Made by a program: the position numbers and the translations under genes. A DNA stretch of 64,000 nucleotides from Octopus sinensis (lineage: Eukaryota): contig NC_043014.1 of the NCBI RefSeq assembly GCF_006345805.1, positions 9,672,001 through 9,736,000 on the forward strand. The letters are read 5' to 3'. The notes under the pieces are model-generated. The model had not been told where the DNA came from. It was given only the letters and a program-made list of their open reading frames with translations, and did not search any database. Positions 36,781 to 50,468 of the stretch are shown here, piece after piece (position 1 is the first letter of the stretch; every line of letters starts with the position of its first letter).

Positions 36781-37646
36781 GTAGGTACTGTCAATCCAGC
36801 GTGAATACTGCATGTACATATGTATTTATAGTTGTGAAAAGAAAATAAACTCAAAATGGGCAGATGGATGAACTATGAACGTCGCCTAAAAATGTGGGAT
36901 CATAAAGGCATGTTTCAGTCATAGGGTAAATTGGGATGGTATACCGTAGGGTGGAAGATGACATTTATCATTTCTGTGCCGTGTAGTGCACAACCCAATA
37001 CAAGCCGAGAGGTTGAAGCAAGGATAATAAAATATTGTACAATGTGACGGTACAATACAAGAAGTCAAAATAACTTAAATGAATGATGTGAAAATTTAGA
37101 CTTTTTTTGCATAGGTTGCAACCGAATCGAGATAGAAAAAACTTAGTATTTATTTTGAGAAGAATGAATGCAAGGTATGGTTAGCGCAGAAAGAGGTGTG
37201 CTTCGGGGTTAGGGAAGTATGTAACGTAAAGTATGAATATACGGCAAGTTTGAAGGATTAAAGTGGAGAGTGGTATCGAAGATTTCGTGGTGCGACACAG
37301 AACAGTCAGAGCAATTTATTGTAAAACATGTGATCTTATCAGAGTTCACGTATGCGTGTGTGGATGAGGGTCTGTAAAGAATAAAGGGTTGGGCGAGTGT
37401 GAGTGTGTGCGTGTGTCTGTGTGTTTGTGTGTGTCTGTGTCTTGCATATATGTGCATATGCGTGTTGAAGTGAAGGGAGCGAATAGCGGACGTGTGAGAG
37501 AATTCATGTCGAGCGCGTGATTGAGTGTGGCTGTGTGTACGGATATATGAAAAGTAGATGGCTGATGGTGTGCGTGTGTATATGCGCCACTGTGCCTGTG
37601 TGTGTATGTGTCTGTTTGTGTGTGTGTGAGTGTATTTGTCATTACC

Positions 37647-37880
37647 TATTTCTTTATTATCCACAAGGGGCTAAACACAGAGGGGACAAACAAGGACAGA
37701 CATAGGTATTAAGTCGATTACACCGATCCCAGTGCGTAACTGGTACTTAATTTATCGACCCCGAAAGGATGAAAGGCAAAGTCGACCTCGGCGGAATTTA
37801 AACTCAGAACGTAACGGCAGACGAAATACCGCAAAGCATTTCGCCCGGCGTGCTAACGATTCTGCCAGCTAACCGCCTTA
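37647..37880 (-). mobile_element. SINE C monomer
   Basis: 15-bp TSD gtatttgtcattacc at 37632-37646 and 37881-37895. Confidence 0.95.
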
Positions 37881-38169
37881 GTATTTGTCATTACCATCCG
37901 CGTGCATACATATATATAGGCTTACGTGATAGACGTAAATTTGTAAGGAAATGGTGCCCAAAGTGAGGCTTGTATAGGATGAAGCTCTGTTTGAGTGTAG
38001 AACGTGATAAGTGAAGATGGATGGTGTGACTTGCGTAAATGGAGGTGGTGTGTTATGATGTGCGGTATAGGAGAAAAGTGTGTAGTGGATGCAAATGGGT
38101 TTGTAGTGGAAGCGGTGATAAATGAAGCAGAAGGAAAAGGATTATAGATCTGGAGCGAGCAGAGGGAAT

Positions 38170-38700
38170 GCGCAGGTTAGAATAAGCGACAGAGTGCATT
38201 AAGATCAAAAGCGCGAATGTTCTGGGAATAAAGATAATTTGATGTTTCTCTGAAAGCGACTGGTGGGTGATCTAGTGTTGGAAATCATACTGAAGACTGT
38301 AAGACGGTCTATTAAATGTTCACTGGAGCGAGAATGTCGAAAGACTTGCGACGCGCTGTAAAGTCGGCTGCACCTGAGGGAATTCGTGATCCGTGGATGG
38401 ATGCCGTCTGTTTCACTCGATGAGATTGTGGCGTGTATTAGAATTTCGTATACTAGAATATCAAATGTGGAAGGCGTGTTCGTTGGATCAGAGAAGTATA
38501 GTGCTCTTGTAAGGGAAATTGCCGATATGGAATGGCTTATTGGAGAGGTGAAGCTGTTTTCCTGTGGTTGTGTGTTTTGTGGGTGCACTTACGATAGTAT
38601 AAGTGAGAAAAGTAAGAAACGATAGGTAGCAGGATTAGATGGGAGACAAGAGAAGCGGGAATCATGGTGAGCTAACCATGTGAGGTATGGGGAAGTAGTT
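38170..38700 (-). pseudogene. Decayed GIY-YIG region of a second Penelope-like family
   Basis: ORF 38205..38588: ETDG...SLRCSRL...VFRHSRSSEHLIDRLTVFS, then frameshifted HQIIFIPRTFA..DLN, resembling the PLE endonuclease C-terminus (RHF..H..LIF.L.T..P.GLN). Confidence 0.45.
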
Positions 38701-38944
38701 TCGGTATTTTCGGTTTTGGCGTCCGTTTGTGTGTGCTACGGTAGAGTCAATATGTGATGGGTGACTAGTGCTGGTTCCTACAACGGGAGACCAGCACCAT
38801 GCATAAGCACAAGAGCAAGTGTCTCAAACATTTCTAAGCAAATCAAAAATAAAGTGAGTACCTTTAACATAAATATACTATGTACCATTATATTATAGTA
38901 CTATTTGCCTTGAACATAAATATACTATACACAATACTAATATA

Positions 38945-39330
38945 GGCATAGGAGTGGCTGTGTGGTAAGTAGCTTGGTTACGAACCACATGGTTCTGGGT
39001 TCATTCCCACTGTGTGGCACCTTGGACAAGTGTCTTCTACTATAGCATCGGGCCGACCAAAGCCTTGTGAGTAGATTTGGTAGACGGAAACTGAAAGAAA
39101 CCCGTCGTGTATGTGTTTGTGTATTTGTGTTTTTCGCCCCAACATTGCTTGACAACCAATGCTGGTGTGTTTATGTCCCCGTAACTTAGCGGTTCGGCAA
39201 AAGAGACCGATAGAATAAGTACTAGGCTTCCAAACAATAAGTCCTGGGGTCGATTTGCTCGACTAAAGGCGGTGCTCCAGCATGGCCACAGTCACATGAC
39301 TGAAACAAGTAAGAGAGAGTAAAGAGTAAA
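38945..39330 (+). mobile_element. SINE B, full length
   Basis: Matches 9322-9737, lacking the long internal TA. Confidence 0.92.
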
Positions 39331-40796
39331 GATACTGTTATAATAATTATTTACCTTGAACGTAACTATCTTTGATACTAATACAGCATTAATATATAAT
39401 TATGCCCATAACTCAAAATCCTGGCGTACTATAGCAATTTTCAGTTCAGATTCGGAATCAGCGTACTCGATTTAGTTTAGTACAGCACTATTATCCAGGG
39501 TAGCAGTGGCTAGTGTTTTCTTTCTTTCATTGTTTATTTTCTACCGTGTGATTGATCACTCTATTTAACGAACTGTCAAATAGACCCGACTGGCATCTTG
39601 TCAGACTACTTGTTCTTCGCAGTATAATCTCTACCCAATATGGCTGAATATGGAACCGTTTGTTGTGTTTTAGCGAAACTGACTGTTTCAGACTGCTTTG
39701 TGTCGGCTGATCGATTTAATTACTTTTGCTCCAACAAATTAGAAATAATGAAGTATAATATAGCAACTATCAACAATTCATTAATTTTCTTTTGCATTCA
39801 AACAAATCACAGACGCTCTAGTTGTTCTATCTTGATTAATTTTGCTACTAATCTTTTTCTCGTCTTGATTTTCATAGCTTATACCTGATAATTTTTTATT
39901 AATAACTCATGATTTCTTGCTGCAGTCTGTCATTTTCCTTTTATATTTTGTTATCATTTCAGACTTAATGTTTTAAGCCGATAATTTCACAAATATTTTT
40001 CTGAATTATATTTTCTTTATAGTATGAATTACGTATGACCTCTTATTTTGCTAGTGTTTTCAGTGGTTCTCAACCTGGGCTGGGCCACTCGTGAATTGCA
40101 CCCTTTTAAGGATCTAGATTTTTAGAGCGAACGTGATATTATATAGAAATAAAATATTTATATCAGATACCAGTATTATATTTTAAACTTACCGCATCCT
40201 GATGAGAATTGGAGTCGGTATCATGAACAGACTGATAAATCTTCAGTTCCATGGGTTGTTCGGGGTATATTTTACGTGAGATTAAATATAACCATATTAA
40301 GTGTACCAAATCAATCCATTGTAATTTCTTCCCCCAATCAAATTTCCTTTTGGGTATTTGTATAAAACGATTTGACCGTCAATGGAGGAGAAAATTTGAG
40401 GTCCAAAGTATAATTTAAATGACTTGTAAATTATGTTGATATATTAACGATACTCTTTATATTTTTATAAAGTATACTTAAGGTGTTATATTTTATTCTT
40501 GTTTATAAAAATCAGACTTTTGAATAGGTCATTCCAGTGTCTATTATTATCAGGACCTGGTGCTATATCAGGCTTTATGGCTCCAGTTACTTAACATTCA
40601 TACTAGTTCAGGGAAAATTCAATGGGTGGGATATCGTCATTGTCTCATTTTGCTACAGCTCAGGATTCTCTATATGGGGTAATTAAAAAAACACAAAAAC
40701 ACTCCGAGATGCCGGACTACAGATAGTGGTTTGCTTTGAGTGTGCAAATCTCAGTGGATTAACATTGTTATTCAAAATTCTGTGCTGAATAATATA

Positions 40797-41022
40797 TATT
40801 TCTTTACTACCCACAAGGGGCTAAACATAGAGGGGACAAACAAGGACAGACAAAGGGATTAAGTCGATTACTTAGACCCCAGTGCGAAACTGGTACTTTA
40901 TTTATTGACCCAGAAAGGATGAAAGGCAAAGTCGACCTCGGCGGAATTTGAAATCAGAACGTAACGACAGACGAAATACGGCTACGCATTTCGCTCGGCG
41001 TGCCAACGTTTCTGCCAGCTCG
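40797..41022 (-). mobile_element. SINE C monomer
   Basis: 17-bp TSD ctgtgctgaataatata at 40780-40796 and 41023-41039. Confidence 0.95.
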
Positions 41023-41537
41023 CTGTGCTGAATAATATAGTTACAAGACAATTACATGGGACAAACGAACCATCATGATTCGTCACCGAATTTATAACAA
41101 CAATATTAGAAAGCTACATCTCTTCCACATTGCTGCTGCAATATGTATATCTTTCGTTTTTGTTGTTCACCCAGCCCCATCCCTGACCCAATACACCTGT
41201 GAGTAAATTTACCTTAATCATCCTAAACTGATTCAATTATTCTATGTACGACTATATTCTCATAACTATTTTTCTTAAAAGATACTGACGATTATTTGAG
41301 GGAGATTTGGTAGCTATATTCTGACGGTCATGCGACATTCTAAACATGTAGAGAGAGTTATTTATGCAATTATAATTGTATCGTGTGAAGGGTCGTTGCG
41401 TTAGTGGTTAGGATTTTCGGCTGAGTTCCTTAGACCGTCACTTCCATTACTGGCGGTGTATCCTTGAGCAACTCTTTTTATTCCATGTTGCTACAGTCCA
41501 CTCAGTTGGCGGAAATGCGTAGTTGTTTTATTTCAAA

Positions 41538-41933
41538 CTAGCAGTATCGCCCGGCGTTGCTCGGGTTTGTAAGGAAAATAACTATATAAGCATTTTTAGA
41601 GATGTAAAGTATAATAGCCATCTCAATATGTCTAACCACAAATGGGGGGGTGTTACTGTAACTTTTTATGTTCTGAGATTTAATAATAAACTTTTAGAGA
41701 GTTACTTCCCTTATATATGCCAAAAATGCATTAAAAAATGGGAAAAATTGATGGTAATTTTTTTTTAATCGTAGACTCATCGTAGACGCACGCTAATACC
41801 CAGAAAGGCTCGATATGAATCACGACTATAAGACACCCGGTTTTGGTTAAACTGCACCGCAAAATGTGGGAGTAGTTAGGAATCTAAATCGTAGGAGACA
41901 GACAGCACACAACCTCACTTTTATATATAAAGA
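41538..41933 (-). mobile_element. Non-autonomous Helitron (family H1, copy 1)
   Basis: Minus strand A|TC...cccgagcaacgccggg hairpin-cgatactgCTAG|T; no TSD. Confidence 0.85.
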
Positions 41934-41935
41934 TG

Positions 41936-42095
41936 ACAAGCCTTGTCTCATTCTGTGTTACGCTGGATTCACCTGATAACTAGGTTAAGGCTACGCGTCT
42001 CTACGGAGTGCTCAGCCACTTCCACGTTAATTATAAGAGCTGGCTCTTCTGCTGTTCATTTCATCAGCAACATTCGCCGTCATAACCGTCGGAGA
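41936..42095 (+). mobile_element. Diverged SINE A 3' fragment
   Basis: ggagtgctcagccacttccacgttaatt...gtcataaccgtcggag. Confidence 0.65.
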
Positions 42096-42338
42096 ACCAG
42101 TTAATTTGACTTCCATTTTTGACTTTTTTGTAGCTTCTTTTTTACATTCATTTTTCAGCATCCATTCTGTTGACTACAGCCACTCAGGTTAGCGTTTTAG
42201 TTGACAACTAGATTTGATGTATTCTTCAGGGAATTGTGCCATCGAGCTAGAAATCCAATTTATTCTGATGTTTCATTTGTTATGTCTCTTGTGTTTTTTC
42301 CTTATTAATTTCACTTTATCACATTACATTATTATACA

Positions 42339-42851
42339 CTAGCAGTATCGCCCGGCGTTGCTCGGATTTGTAAGGGAAATAACTATATAAGCATTTTTAG
42401 AGAGTTACTTCCCTTATAGATGCCAATTCGGGCTTTCTTAGCCATTTCTGTTTTGGTGTCTTCAAGCCATGAGGTCGTTGTTCTAAAAGAACGCTGGTCT
42501 CCTTGACAACGCTTTACGACGTTGATTTCCTTACACTCCCTTCCCCACAGCTTCACGAGGGAGGGAAGAAGGGGGAGAAGCAAACAGGTGCAGGTGTGAC
42601 CATGGACGCCAATTCCGCCGGCATCGACACACGAAAAATTATGCATTAAAATGGAATAAAAAATGATGTTAAATTATTTTTAAAATCGTAGACTCATCGT
42701 AGACGCGCGCAAATACTCAGACGGGCTCGATATGAATCACGACTATAAGATACCCGATTTTGGTTAAACTGCACCGCGAAATCTGGGAGTAGTTAGGAAT
42801 CTAAATCGAAGGGGACAGACACTCACACAACTACAGTTTTATATATATAGA
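42339..42851 (-). mobile_element. Non-autonomous Helitron H1, copy 2 (extra ~220-bp internal segment)
   Basis: Same termini as 41538-41933. Confidence 0.85.
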
Positions 42852-43321
42852 TATAGCTAAGGTAGCGAGCTGTTGAATTGTTAGTACGTTGCTTTGCAAA
42901 ACGTTGTCCCTCATTATTTTCTGAGTTCAAATTCTTCCGCGGGCCGACTTTGTCTTTCATCCTTTTGGGGTCGATAAAATAAGCTAAAATAAATGGGTTC
43001 GAGTTAATAGACTAATCCTTATATTTCAGGCCTTGTACCTATTGTAGATAAAATAATATAACATGTAATTTCAGCAGCACGCTTTTAGAAACTTTAGCAT
43101 GCCGGCACAATTGTATTCACCTCAATAGACGTCATTAATTGGTTGAAATTGCCGAAATACGAGAGATTAAACAAGAAATAGCTTACAAACTACATAATTT
43201 TCTCAAGAACACCAAGAGAAAAATATGTTTTATGTGACACATTCTACCAGAATACGAAGTTTAAAAGTGTTTAGTTACAAAGAAATTATATTTAAAATCT
43301 GCCGGTCAAAGTGAAAAGGTC

Positions 43322-43473
43322 TTCCAGTGCGTAACTGGTACTTAGTTTATCGACCCCGAAAGGATGAAAGGCAAAGTCGACTTCGGCGGAATTTGAACTC
43401 AGAACGTAACGGCAGACGAAATCCCTCTAAGCATTTCGCCCGGTGTGCTAACGTTTCTGCCAGCTCGGCGCCT
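43322..43473 (-). mobile_element. SINE C, partial
   Basis: Head plus most of the body. Confidence 0.85.
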
Positions 43474-43697
43474 TTACCTAAAGATAAGTGCATAAAAACA
43501 ATTACTGTGATCGATCTGCTCAACAAAATCCTCCCGAAGGACTACTCCAGCATAGCAGCACTCATATGGTTACCACAAGTAAATGCTAAAACACGTAAAT
43601 ATACGAAGTGTGGCTGTATTATAGAATCAAGAAAATTATACGACTAAATATTTTGGTATGGGGGAATACTTCGACCTAGCAAGTGTTGACGCATAGT

Positions 43698-44048
43698 GTG
43701 GAGGCGCAATGGCCCAGTGGTTAGGGCATCGGACTCGCGGTCGTAGGATCGCGGTTTCGATTCCCAGACCGGGCGTTGTGAGTGTTTATTGAGCGAAAAC
43801 ACCGAAAGCTTCACAGGCTCCGGCAGGGATGGTGGTGATCCCTGCTGTACTCTTTCACCACAACCTCCTCTCACTCTTACTTCCTGTTTCTGTTGTACCT
43901 GTATTTCAAAGGGCCGGCCTTGTCACTCTCTGTGTCACGCTGAATATCGCCGAGAACTACATTAAGGGTACACGTGTCTGTGGAGTGCTCAGCCACTTAC
44001 ACGTTAATTTCACGAGCAGGCTGTAACCGACGGAGTGCTTCCACAAAA
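43698..44048 (+). mobile_element. SINE A with internal 3' deletion
   Basis: TSD tgacgcatagt at 43687-43697 and 44049-44059. Confidence 0.92.
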
Positions 44049-44239
44049 TGACGCATAGTAGAAATAAATTTACATACCAAGTGTGATAAGATGTGGAAAA
44101 TAAGCCTATCATATGATGTGGGATTCAACGATAGAAATAATTTTATCTTAGTAAGAGTGTTAGAAATATTAGTGCTGCCTTCGGATTTTGAAAAATTTCA
44201 TTATGAATCTACGTGGCTGGTTAGGAATGTGTTATGGAA

Positions 44240-44463
44240 ACTCTGGCAGAAACGTTAGCACGCCGGGCGAAATGCTCAACAGTATTTCGTCTGTTGTTAC
44301 GTTCTGGGTTCAAACACCGCCGAGGTCGACTTTGCTTTTCATCCTTTCGGGGTCGATAAATAAAGTACCAGTTACGCACTGGGGTCGATGTAGTTGACTT
44401 AATCCCTTTGTCTGTCTTTGTATGTCCCCTCTATGTTTAGCCCCTTGTGGGCAATAAAGAAAT
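44240..44463 (+). mobile_element. SINE C monomer
   Basis: Head and body ending gggcaataaagaaata. Confidence 0.88.
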
Positions 44464-44877
44464 ATATTTAGTCGATTCGCTTATTATGTATTATGGAATG
44501 TATTATGGAAACTATTTAGTCGATTCGCTTATCTTTTCTCTCTCGATAGATTCATGATTTCGTGCAAATTAGAAACTATTAAATTGTTCAACTAATTATT
44601 TGACAAGTGGAAATTACTTCTGGTTGCAGGAACTTACCTCTCTAATTCATTCCAGCTCGACTTTCACTTCCCACGTATAATTGAACAGAAATGTACACTA
44701 ACTAATTATATCTGACAAAGCAAGATCAAAAGGTCATTTAAACATTTCGCAGCCGAAATTAAACATAAACATTTCTCCTTCTATCCCACCCACAACAGAA
44801 GAACGTCTCATATGTTTCAGTTATACATTAACGTTGGATATTTTGTGATCATCACCGTTGTCGTAGCTGTTACTGTT

Positions 44878-45240
44878 TGTTTATTTGTTTGTTTGTTGAG
44901 CGAAGCGGAGAAATCCGAAACGTGGTCCTTTGCTGTTCGTAAGACCCGCAGAAGAGAAAGCAGGTCGAACCCCCGACACGAGAGCATCGACGGATGGATG
45001 AATGCGCATCCAGACTCAGCGGTTGCGTAGGAAGTCGGTAACAAGAAACAGGAAGAAAGGGTGAGAGAAAGTTGGAGCGAAAGAGTACAACAGGGGTCGC
45101 CACCACCCCCTGCCCGAGTCTCGTGGAGCTTTAGGTGTTTTCGCTCAATAAACACACACAACGCCCAGTCTGGGAATCGAAACCGCGATCCTCCGGCCGC
45201 GAGTCCGCTGCCCTAACCACTAGGTCATTGGGCCTCCACT
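44878..45240 (-). mobile_element. SINE with A-type head and a third, unrelated tail ending in (CAAA)n
   Basis: A head to aagaaacaggaag (~45045), then a unique ~160-bp tail. Confidence 0.8.
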
Positions 45241-45904
45241 GTTGTTGCTGTTGTTGCTGCTCTTTAGCTTCTAGTCATTCTTGCCCTATGGGCAATCCAG
45301 TCATGAACTTCTCTTCTTTTTAAAGGATACTCAAAACTAAACCGTCAAACTTTCCTTCCAGTTTCAGACAGTGAGATGTAATTTCCGAGAGGTTTGCCTG
45401 TTTCTCCCACCTCAAGTAACAACATAGAGCATCCCTCGTTCACGTTAATTAAAGCTACAAATTTTAGAAATACCGGTCAAACTGCCAAGAAATAGCTTTC
45501 ATTTCGTTCTTACCACTGAGTTTGTCTATCAGGAACAGAAATGTATACTATTTAAGCCAGCTCCAATTCATTCACGCAAACAGCTTTACACAGACATTCA
45601 CAGGCAAAACGCTGAAAGATAAGTACATTTTGCTGATCGTTCTTACGTATTTTTGCCGAAAATAACTCATAGTAATCCTCCTGTATTTTACTGAAACAGT
45701 TACAGACAATTCAATTAATCATTTTACCGTTTCTGTATCCAGTTTGTCATATGTAACACACAGAACATATGTCATATGTAGCACACAGAACCCTTAGGTA
45801 ATGTATCATATATGATATGTACTCCTAATTTTTCACACATAAGAGTAACTTCGTCTGAAACATAAATGTTTCTCAACTCGAACTAAACTCCACTTATTTA
45901 GTTC

Positions 45905-46350
45905 AAAGGTAAAATCTGTGCTTTTGTATGGCTCTGAAACATGGAGAGCCAGCTGCAGCAACTACAAGAAGATCCAGACCTTCATCAACAAATGTCTCCG
46001 GCAGATCCTCCATCTGAAGTGGTTCGACAGAGTGCTGAACACCGACCTATGGGAAAGGGCCAACCAGGAGCCCATACATGTTCAGATTAGACAAAGGAAA
46101 TGGAGATGGAGATGGATTGGACACACTGCGGAAAGGACCCTCAAATATGACACCACAAGCACTTGACTGGAACCCGGAGAGGAAAAGGAAGCGAGAACAC
46201 CCGAAACAGACATGGATGTGGAGCATTTTGGACGAGCTCAGGACCACTGGCCTGATATGGGAAGCAGCCAAGAAACACACCAATGACCGCAAAAAGTGGA
46301 AAACAACTGTTGATGACCTATGCTCCACAAGGGGGAAAGGGATTAAGATG
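45905..46350 (+). mobile_element. 5'-truncated RTE-clade LINE (RT C-terminus)
   Basis: VLLYGSETW, IQTFINKCLRQIL, LWERANQEPI...IRQRKWRW(RW)IGHT, LRK, QALDWNP, PKQTW, DRKKWK...VDDLCSTRG; one frameshift. Confidence 0.9.
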
Positions 46351-47218
46351 AAGGAGAATAGTAACTTCGGACTTCTAAAAGTAAAGCTTTATATTATTCA
46401 GTACATGAAACAAGGGCTAACGAAAGCCTTGGAAACAAATATGGACGTTTAGAAGAGACTAGCTTAAGATGGTTTTGAACTACAGTTAACTGTAGTTCAA
46501 AATGGAAAGCCACTCTATATTTTACATATGGATTATATACTGGTATTTCTGTAGGTTTTATGCTTATATTGTTTTATTTTATCTGACATACGTATATCTT
46601 GCTGTGTAAATAATATTTTTTGTTTTGTATTTGCATTGACTTAGTAGACAGCTAAATTTTATTCATGATTCCCAGAAGGGTCTCCCACGATCACACTATT
46701 CTCTCTCTCTCAATACATTACCTACTTCCAATGTTAATATAGTTGTGCTTTACCTTCTCATTTAAATGTATTAAATAAAGAGATATTTTCTTCTCGATAT
46801 CTGCTTCTCTTGTCACATTTTTCTTTTGCTTTCACTTCTCATGTGTTGTTGTTTTAAACAACATTTACTTACTTTTGATTCATTCCTGTCATCGTGATTG
46901 TCACGTAACTTAACATTTTACTACCCACCGGGGACTTTGTAGTCTAAACGTTTAAGAATCAGGCATCATTTAATATCCAGTGTTATATATAAACATCCGG
47001 CTTTATTGCTCATCCCATTGTTCTTCCTCTCTATTTCTAACAGACTGTCGTTTCTGTGATAAAGGTAGATATGTCTTCTGTATCAAATATAGGTCGTGTG
47101 ACGACAGTAGAAGTTACTGGCTTTTCAGTGGAAGCTCTCCATTTCATATAACTTCCAGTTTAGGTTTCGGATGTAGTTTATAGCTATGTTACCATTTTTT
47201 CTTTCTTTCTCGCCCTTT

Positions 47219-47456
47219 TCAAGCCTAGCCAGGCTCATGGACCCGGTTTCCCGCTTTCTGTGGCGTATGTGTTCCTCCAAGCTGGACAGGACGCCAGCCC
47301 ATCGCAGCGTTACTCAAGAAACAGGAAGAGAGAGTTAGAGAAAGTTGTGGCGAAAGAGTACAACAGGGGTCACCACCACCCCCTGTCGGAGCTTGTGGAC
47401 CTTTTAGGTGTTTTCGCTCAATAAACACACACAACGCCCGGTCTGGGAATCGAAAC
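47219..47456 (-). mobile_element. Chimeric SINE: A-type head (5'-clipped) plus D-type tail
   Basis: Same junction as 28609-28855. Confidence 0.85.
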
Positions 47457-47907
47457 TGTTTGCTTTGGTGTATTCCAAAGTATCAAGATTTTCACTTTAG
47501 TTTCAATTTCTTTATCACCTTTTAATGTCTTTTGGTGTTTGAATCAAAAAGCTGTTCCTTGACCTTTCGCTCATGCTTTGCAAAAGGGTTTATATTGCCT
47601 TACTCTGTTGCATTAATTTATAGAAGTATTTCCTTTTTATCCATGGAGTCTTTTTTAATTGTCCCCATTCTCTCTTTTTTTTTTAGTTGTTCCTGTTGGA
47701 TCCCTAATTTTCAATTTCTCATAATAAATACCTGCTTTCTATCTTCTTTATTTTATATATCCTCTTTCTTTCAATTCATTTACTTTTAGCTAGAGTTCTT
47801 GACGGAAACCTGTATTTTAATTATTCTTTCACGGATCCGCTTCTCCGTGTCTAACTTAGGTGGGAATTTGCGTCGGAAATGCGGCACAATTTCTTTCTAA
47901 TTTTTCA

Positions 47908-48153
47908 ATACTCTTTACACTTTTACTCTTTTACTTGTTTCAGTCATTTGACTGCGGCCATGCTGGAGCACCGCCTTTAGTCGAGCAAATCGACCCCGGG
48001 ACTTATTCTTTGTAAGCCCAGTACTTATTCTATTGGTCTCTTTTGGCGAACCGCTAAGTGACGGGGACGTAAACACACCAGCATCGGTTGTCAAGCAATG
48101 CTAGGGGGACAAACACAGACACACAAACATACACACACACACACACACGCACG

Positions 48154-48189
<36 letters not shown>

Positions 48190-48364
48190 ATATATATATA
48201 TACGATGGGCTTCTTTGAGTTTCCATTTACCAAATCCACTCACAAGACTTGGTCGGCCTGAGGCTATAGTAGAAGACACTTTCCCAAGATGCCACGCAGT
48301 GGGACTGAACCCGGAACCATATGGTTGGTTAGCAAGCTACTTACCACACATCCACTCCTGCACC
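47908..48364 (-). mobile_element. SINE B, full length
   Basis: Reverse complement of 9322-9737. Confidence 0.92.
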
Positions 48365-49435
48365 TATATATTTTTTATTGATTCTTTCGTTGTTCTTCTG
48401 ACTGTTAACTTTAGTTGTTATAGTATAACGTCTATTATTATTCTGTGCTCTATCGGAGATATTTTGTTTATATCGCGGCAGAATATTTCATTGAATGTTT
48501 CACCTCTCTTGTATTTCCTATTGTTCCGTACTTCATTCAGTTAATATTTGCACTGGTATTTTTATATTTCGTCTGTCGCACATTTGCTGCTTGTGTGTTG
48601 CGTTGTCTGCTGTTTCGCCTCCATTTTGAGTGGTATTTGTCGCTACGTCTGATGTGTTGCTTTTTTCTCATTTCTCTCTTCTTCCATTGTTTATATACGG
48701 CTAAGAAAATTCCATTCCTTTGTGGTATGTTCCGTCATGTATGTTTGATCGATTCTTTCATTCTGTTTGCTGTATTCTTCTTTCTACGTCTATTAAATCA
48801 TCAATCTTTTGAATATTATTATTCGAGTTGGCAAATCTCCGTACATTCTCAAGTGTAATGTCTATGATATATTTTCTCAGTTTTATTCCATAATTCATGC
48901 GTTTCTTTAATAGCTTTTGATGGAAGATTACTGCAGTGTAGTGGTAATTAGGTCAAAGTCCAAAGTTTTTGCTTCCATTTGATTTTCTTTGTACTCCTAT
49001 AATTAACGATGTACGAGTTTGCTTAAGAGTTAACTCTTTGATCTGACATAGATTCTCATGAGCGCGTGACATAATTTTCTTATCGCTCTCGCCATAAATT
49101 CGTTTTATACACGGTTGGTCGCGTCTCTGTTGCATTTGATTTATCCGAGGACGTATTAATCTATAATCAAATGGCGTAGATTTTTTATTGAATTTTGGTT
49201 TACTATATTTACATTGGAAATATTTCATTTTCTCCGCTGTGTCTTCCCAGTAACGTATCAAGATTCTTTATTTGTTTGTGCCAAAAGGCAACATGATACT
49301 TATTTTCTTAACTTTGTGCGCTATTTATACTTATATGTATATATATCATATTCACGTGCAGTAATCGCATTTAATACGTATTAAAAGTGCCAATTCCTTT
49401 TACAGCTTATTTTTTTTCTTATTGATTTCTTTGTA

Positions 49436-49642
49436 TTACTCTTTTACTCTTTCTGTTTTTCTTGTTGCAGTCATTTGACTGTGGCCATGCTGAAGCACCG
49501 CCATTTGTCGAGCAAATTCACCCCCAGTACTTATTCTTTGTAAGCCTAGTATTTACTCTATCGGTCTCTTTTTGCCGAACCGCTAAGTTACGGGGACGTA
49601 AACATACCAGCATCGGTTGAAGGGACAAACATAGACACACAA

Positions 49643-49711
<69 letters not shown>

Positions 49712-50413
49712 TATAAAATGAGATAGGGGTTGAAAATTCAACCCACCATGGGATAATATATATCCAATATACTGCTAGATAGGTATATTATGGCACTATA
49801 TTTATTAAGTTAATAAGTGACTTATTTATAATATTTAAATTAATATATATTTTATATTTTATATTTTATAATTTAGCGTACTTAAAACCATAACAAACTT
49901 ACGATAAATCTAACAACCGTATGTTTACTCTGCAACAAACCGGTGTTATAAATTTTAAGTTACCCATGAAATAGTATCTGACTTAGTAACATACTGATAT
50001 TTAAAAATATATTTATATCTAAATTAAATATTTTATGGAATGCATGGATGGTTCTTCTTTTATTATTGAGGCACAATTATAATTTTGAAGGACTAAATTG
50101 TAGCATAGTTGCTTCCCTTTTTGTTTATCTATGTGCTAGTTGTTACTTGTAATTATGTATGTGTATAAGTGTATGCATATACATATTACTATGTGTGTAT
50201 GTGCGATTGATCTGTAGATGCGTGTGTGAATATTGGCGTTCCCTGACTAACCAACCGTATAATTTTCTTTTGTGATTTAAATTTCAAACCAATAGCCAAT
50301 CGAATTAATCTATATTTTCTTTACCTAGTGGTCAGCATTTCTTAACTCATAGTTATTTCGATCTTGTAAGGATGGACTTGGTGCTAACTTAACTGTATCT
50401 ATTTTTTATTATA

Positions 50414-50468
<55 letters not shown>

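Noticed and set aside
40061-40400. hAT-like TIR (cagtggttctcaacc), CTGATGA at ~40199, and a short minus-strand open frame ending at a GTAAGT donor (~40192)
   Set aside because: No partner TIR, no GAAA for a hammerhead, and no acceptor or recognisable protein for the exon
48445-49261. Possible decayed APE endonuclease on the minus strand
   Set aside because: Only a weak GDLPTRI (cf. GDFNARI) resemblance; insufficient
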